A DNA stretch of 64,000 nucleotides from contig NC_045696.1 of assembly GCF_009834535.1 (NCBI RefSeq), positions 46,254,001 through 46,318,000 on the forward strand, read 5' to 3'. The notes beneath the pieces are model-generated. The model worked only from the letters and a program-made list of their open reading frames with translations. It ran no database searches and was not told where the DNA came from. Positions 61,411 to 64,000 of the stretch are shown here, piece after piece. A program made the translations under genes and the position numbers. This DNA comes from Camelus ferus (lineage: Eukaryota). Each line of letters begins with the position of its first letter. Position 1 is the stretch's first letter.

Positions 61411-64000
61411 AGATGCATTAGCCTAGAGTCCAGCTCACCAGAGACCTCTTTTGAGAGCAATTTGTGTTTCCAAATGGAAGAGAAAGAAGCAAGCATCAAG
61501 GCCTTTCAAAATATTTCCCAACAGCTGCCAGGCCAGCGCCTCGGGTGACTGGTTTAGGGTAGACAGCAGCCTAACTCTACAGGTTCACCACCAGGGCAGA
61601 GCAGTTTATGGTTCCCATCAGAAATGAAATCTGTGACTAAATTTTCCTCTTCTGCGGAAGGGAAATATTCACCCTCTTTTTCTCTCTCAGCTCCCGTTTT
61701 CCCCTCAGGATTCTGCAGAGACCAGAAGGAATACCATGATTCAGAGAGAGGTTTGACCACTTAACAGACGTGCCAGATAAATATACTGATGTTTCAAGAA
61801 GCCGTAACTTTGCAGTACACAGGGTGAGGATTTCTTGGACTCAGGAGTCCACAGTGCCTGGGATAACTCCTTTATCTTATCTGCAATAACTGCATCTGTA
61901 ATCTGGAAGATAACTTCAGTCGGTGTTAAGAGAACAATGACATAAACCTCTCTCTGTCATTCAACCCTTGACCTCTATTTGGAATAAACACAGGAGGGAG
62001 GCTTGAGGCTTCCTGATCCTTTTATATCTTCAATCTCACCAGTCAAGACTTTATTAGAAATTTAACTAAAGCCACCTAGACTCTATCTAGCACACAGGTG
62101 GTAAGATTCTTTATTCGAGACAGAATGAATCTAAATTTTATGTTAACAAAGAAGTGAAAAACATATTTTCCTAACATATTAAACATATCTTTTATATATA
62201 ACAGTCTTATTGCTATTTACTAGCAATTAGAGTGTAATTTATTTTTTCTCATCCTGTTATAGGGTTATTTATAGCTCCTGGCAGTTAATTTAAATTACCA
62301 GCATTTTAAATTTTTAAAAACTTCCTATTTAATAGGTGATTGGTGAGTGAAATGTATAGTTTATGATCTTCTCTCCAGTGTTCCATTCACCTTCCACAAA
62401 TAACAATACCACTTATGACTGTTTTTTCCCCCAGTATCTCTCCAGTGCTTACAACAAAGTCTGAAGGGCCAGTATTTCTTGAATAAATTCTGAGCCAGGC
62501 ACTGTATTTACTACTTTATTATAGTTAATCTCATTTGATCTGATTCATTAAATATTCTTCATTAAATTCTGTGGGGCCAATTAGAATTATTATCACAACC
62601 TCATTTTATAAACTAAAAAACATAAAGTCTGAAAAACACTGAATGAATTTCTAAAATTTCAGAGAATCACTGGAAAAACTAACAGTAAAACTTAAAGTTG
62701 TTTAGGCCCAGGGGTTTATAACTGTTTAGTTCAGGGGTCAGCAAATTATAGCCAGAGGCCAAATCTGACCCACTGCCTATTTTACTGAAACACAATTCAC
62801 TGATTTACCACTCTGAAAGACAATCTGAAATAAGGAATATTACAAACTCTAAATTGTTATTTCCTAAACCTCAATAAAGAATAAAATTCTACACAACATT
62901 GTAAATCAACTATACTTTAATTTTAAAAAGGAATAAATGTGCTGAAAATATTTGGCGATCTTACATTGACAGTATGTTAATAAACTGTGTTCATATTTGT
63001 CAGATTATTCAGATCTTAAAACACTGAAACATGGACATTTACTAATTTATTTTTTAACTCTGTCTTGATGTTCAAGGACCATTTGCTTATAAGAATCAGG
63101 CTCACTGGAGAAAACTCAAGTGAAGACTGAATCCAAGGAAATTGCGGAATCCAAGGACAGGAGAAATCACTGAGTCTCATAGCTAGAAGGGACTAAGAAC
63201 TAGAAAGCTATCAGAGCCCATGGCCACTTACTTCTCCAGCTCTCCCTCTTCCCAAAACCATATTCTCCCTCTCAGTGCTCCCTGCCTGTTTAACAAACAG
63301 GCATGGCCCACAGTGAATGCCCCTAAGTGGTGGCATCAGTGGCTATATGACCTTATACATTTAGCTTCTGTGGCCATTAACAGTCTCTGGGTCAATTTCC
63401 TTGTTCAAGCATCTAATGCAGTATTGCTGAGGGAACAATGTGATATAAAGGTCTGTCTCTCCCCATGTTATGGAGGGTCAAATTGTCCAAGAAGCCTGCA
63501 TGGAGGAGAATAAATGATTGTCATCACTAACATGCTCTATTAAGGTGATTCCCTGAGCTAGGGATGGGTATCCATCCCTCGGATTGCACTATAACACTGT
63601 AATGAACTACTGTTACTCATAGGAGTATATCATGTCCCTTCGTTTTGCTTGTCTGGATAAAAGGTAGAAAACCATGCTCTAGTGTGATTTATAATAATGT
63701 ACTATATTAAAGAGAAAAGACTTTGTTATTTGCAGAAATATTCCATTTGGAACTAATGCAAACATATGATAAATGCAGTTCCTTAAAATATTTAGCTTGG
63801 TACATGTTTTTAAACAACTGATAATTAAATAGAGTCATTGAGATGATGATTTCATTCCTTCGATGTGCTGAAAATGTCACTTTTCCTCTTTGGCTTCTTA
63901 ATATAACCTATATATTTGCTTCCCTTCTGTGTATTTCTTATAATATTTACACTTAGCAAAATGGGAATACCAATAAGCACTACAATTTTATAGGCCTATC

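Noticed and set aside
1..64000. CRISPR array, operon or other prokaryotic/defence system
   Set aside because: The sequence is mammalian, repeat-rich and gene-poor; direct repeats present are TSDs, microsatellites or two- to three-copy duplications, not repeat-spacer arrays

Overview
Mammalian genomic DNA, very probably a camelid (alpaca/vicugna/camel). The evidence is two tRNA-derived SINEs of the vic-1 type and several young L1 3' ends with target-site duplications (TSDs). I found no recognisable protein-coding exon, RNA gene or prokaryotic-type system. The ORF track is explained by transposon fossils, low-complexity DNA and GC-rich CpG-island frames. The organising feature is a bipartite CpG island (~17.1-18.05 kb and ~18.7-19.7 kb) with Sp/KLF, ETS and CTCF-like motifs. 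It most likely drives a minus-strand transcript running leftwards out of the window, with a candidate first exon (~18765-18950) and a well-formed 68-nt internal exon (12713-12780). Weaker candidate exons lie further left, and none gives a convincing reading frame (5'UTR exons or lncRNA). I cannot name the gene. Strong plus-strand splice signals inside the island hint at an antisense or divergent transcript. The right ~44 kb looks intergenic and is dominated by old repeats (L2, MIR, MLT1, LTR33, hAT MERs, CR1/L3, L1M) plus lineage-specific L1/SINE insertions. Repeat family names are from recall of consensus sequences, not a database search. Boundaries without a stated TSD or terminal inverted repeat (TIR) are approximate. 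The sequence alone does not support a claim of a new biological system; the findings are leads.
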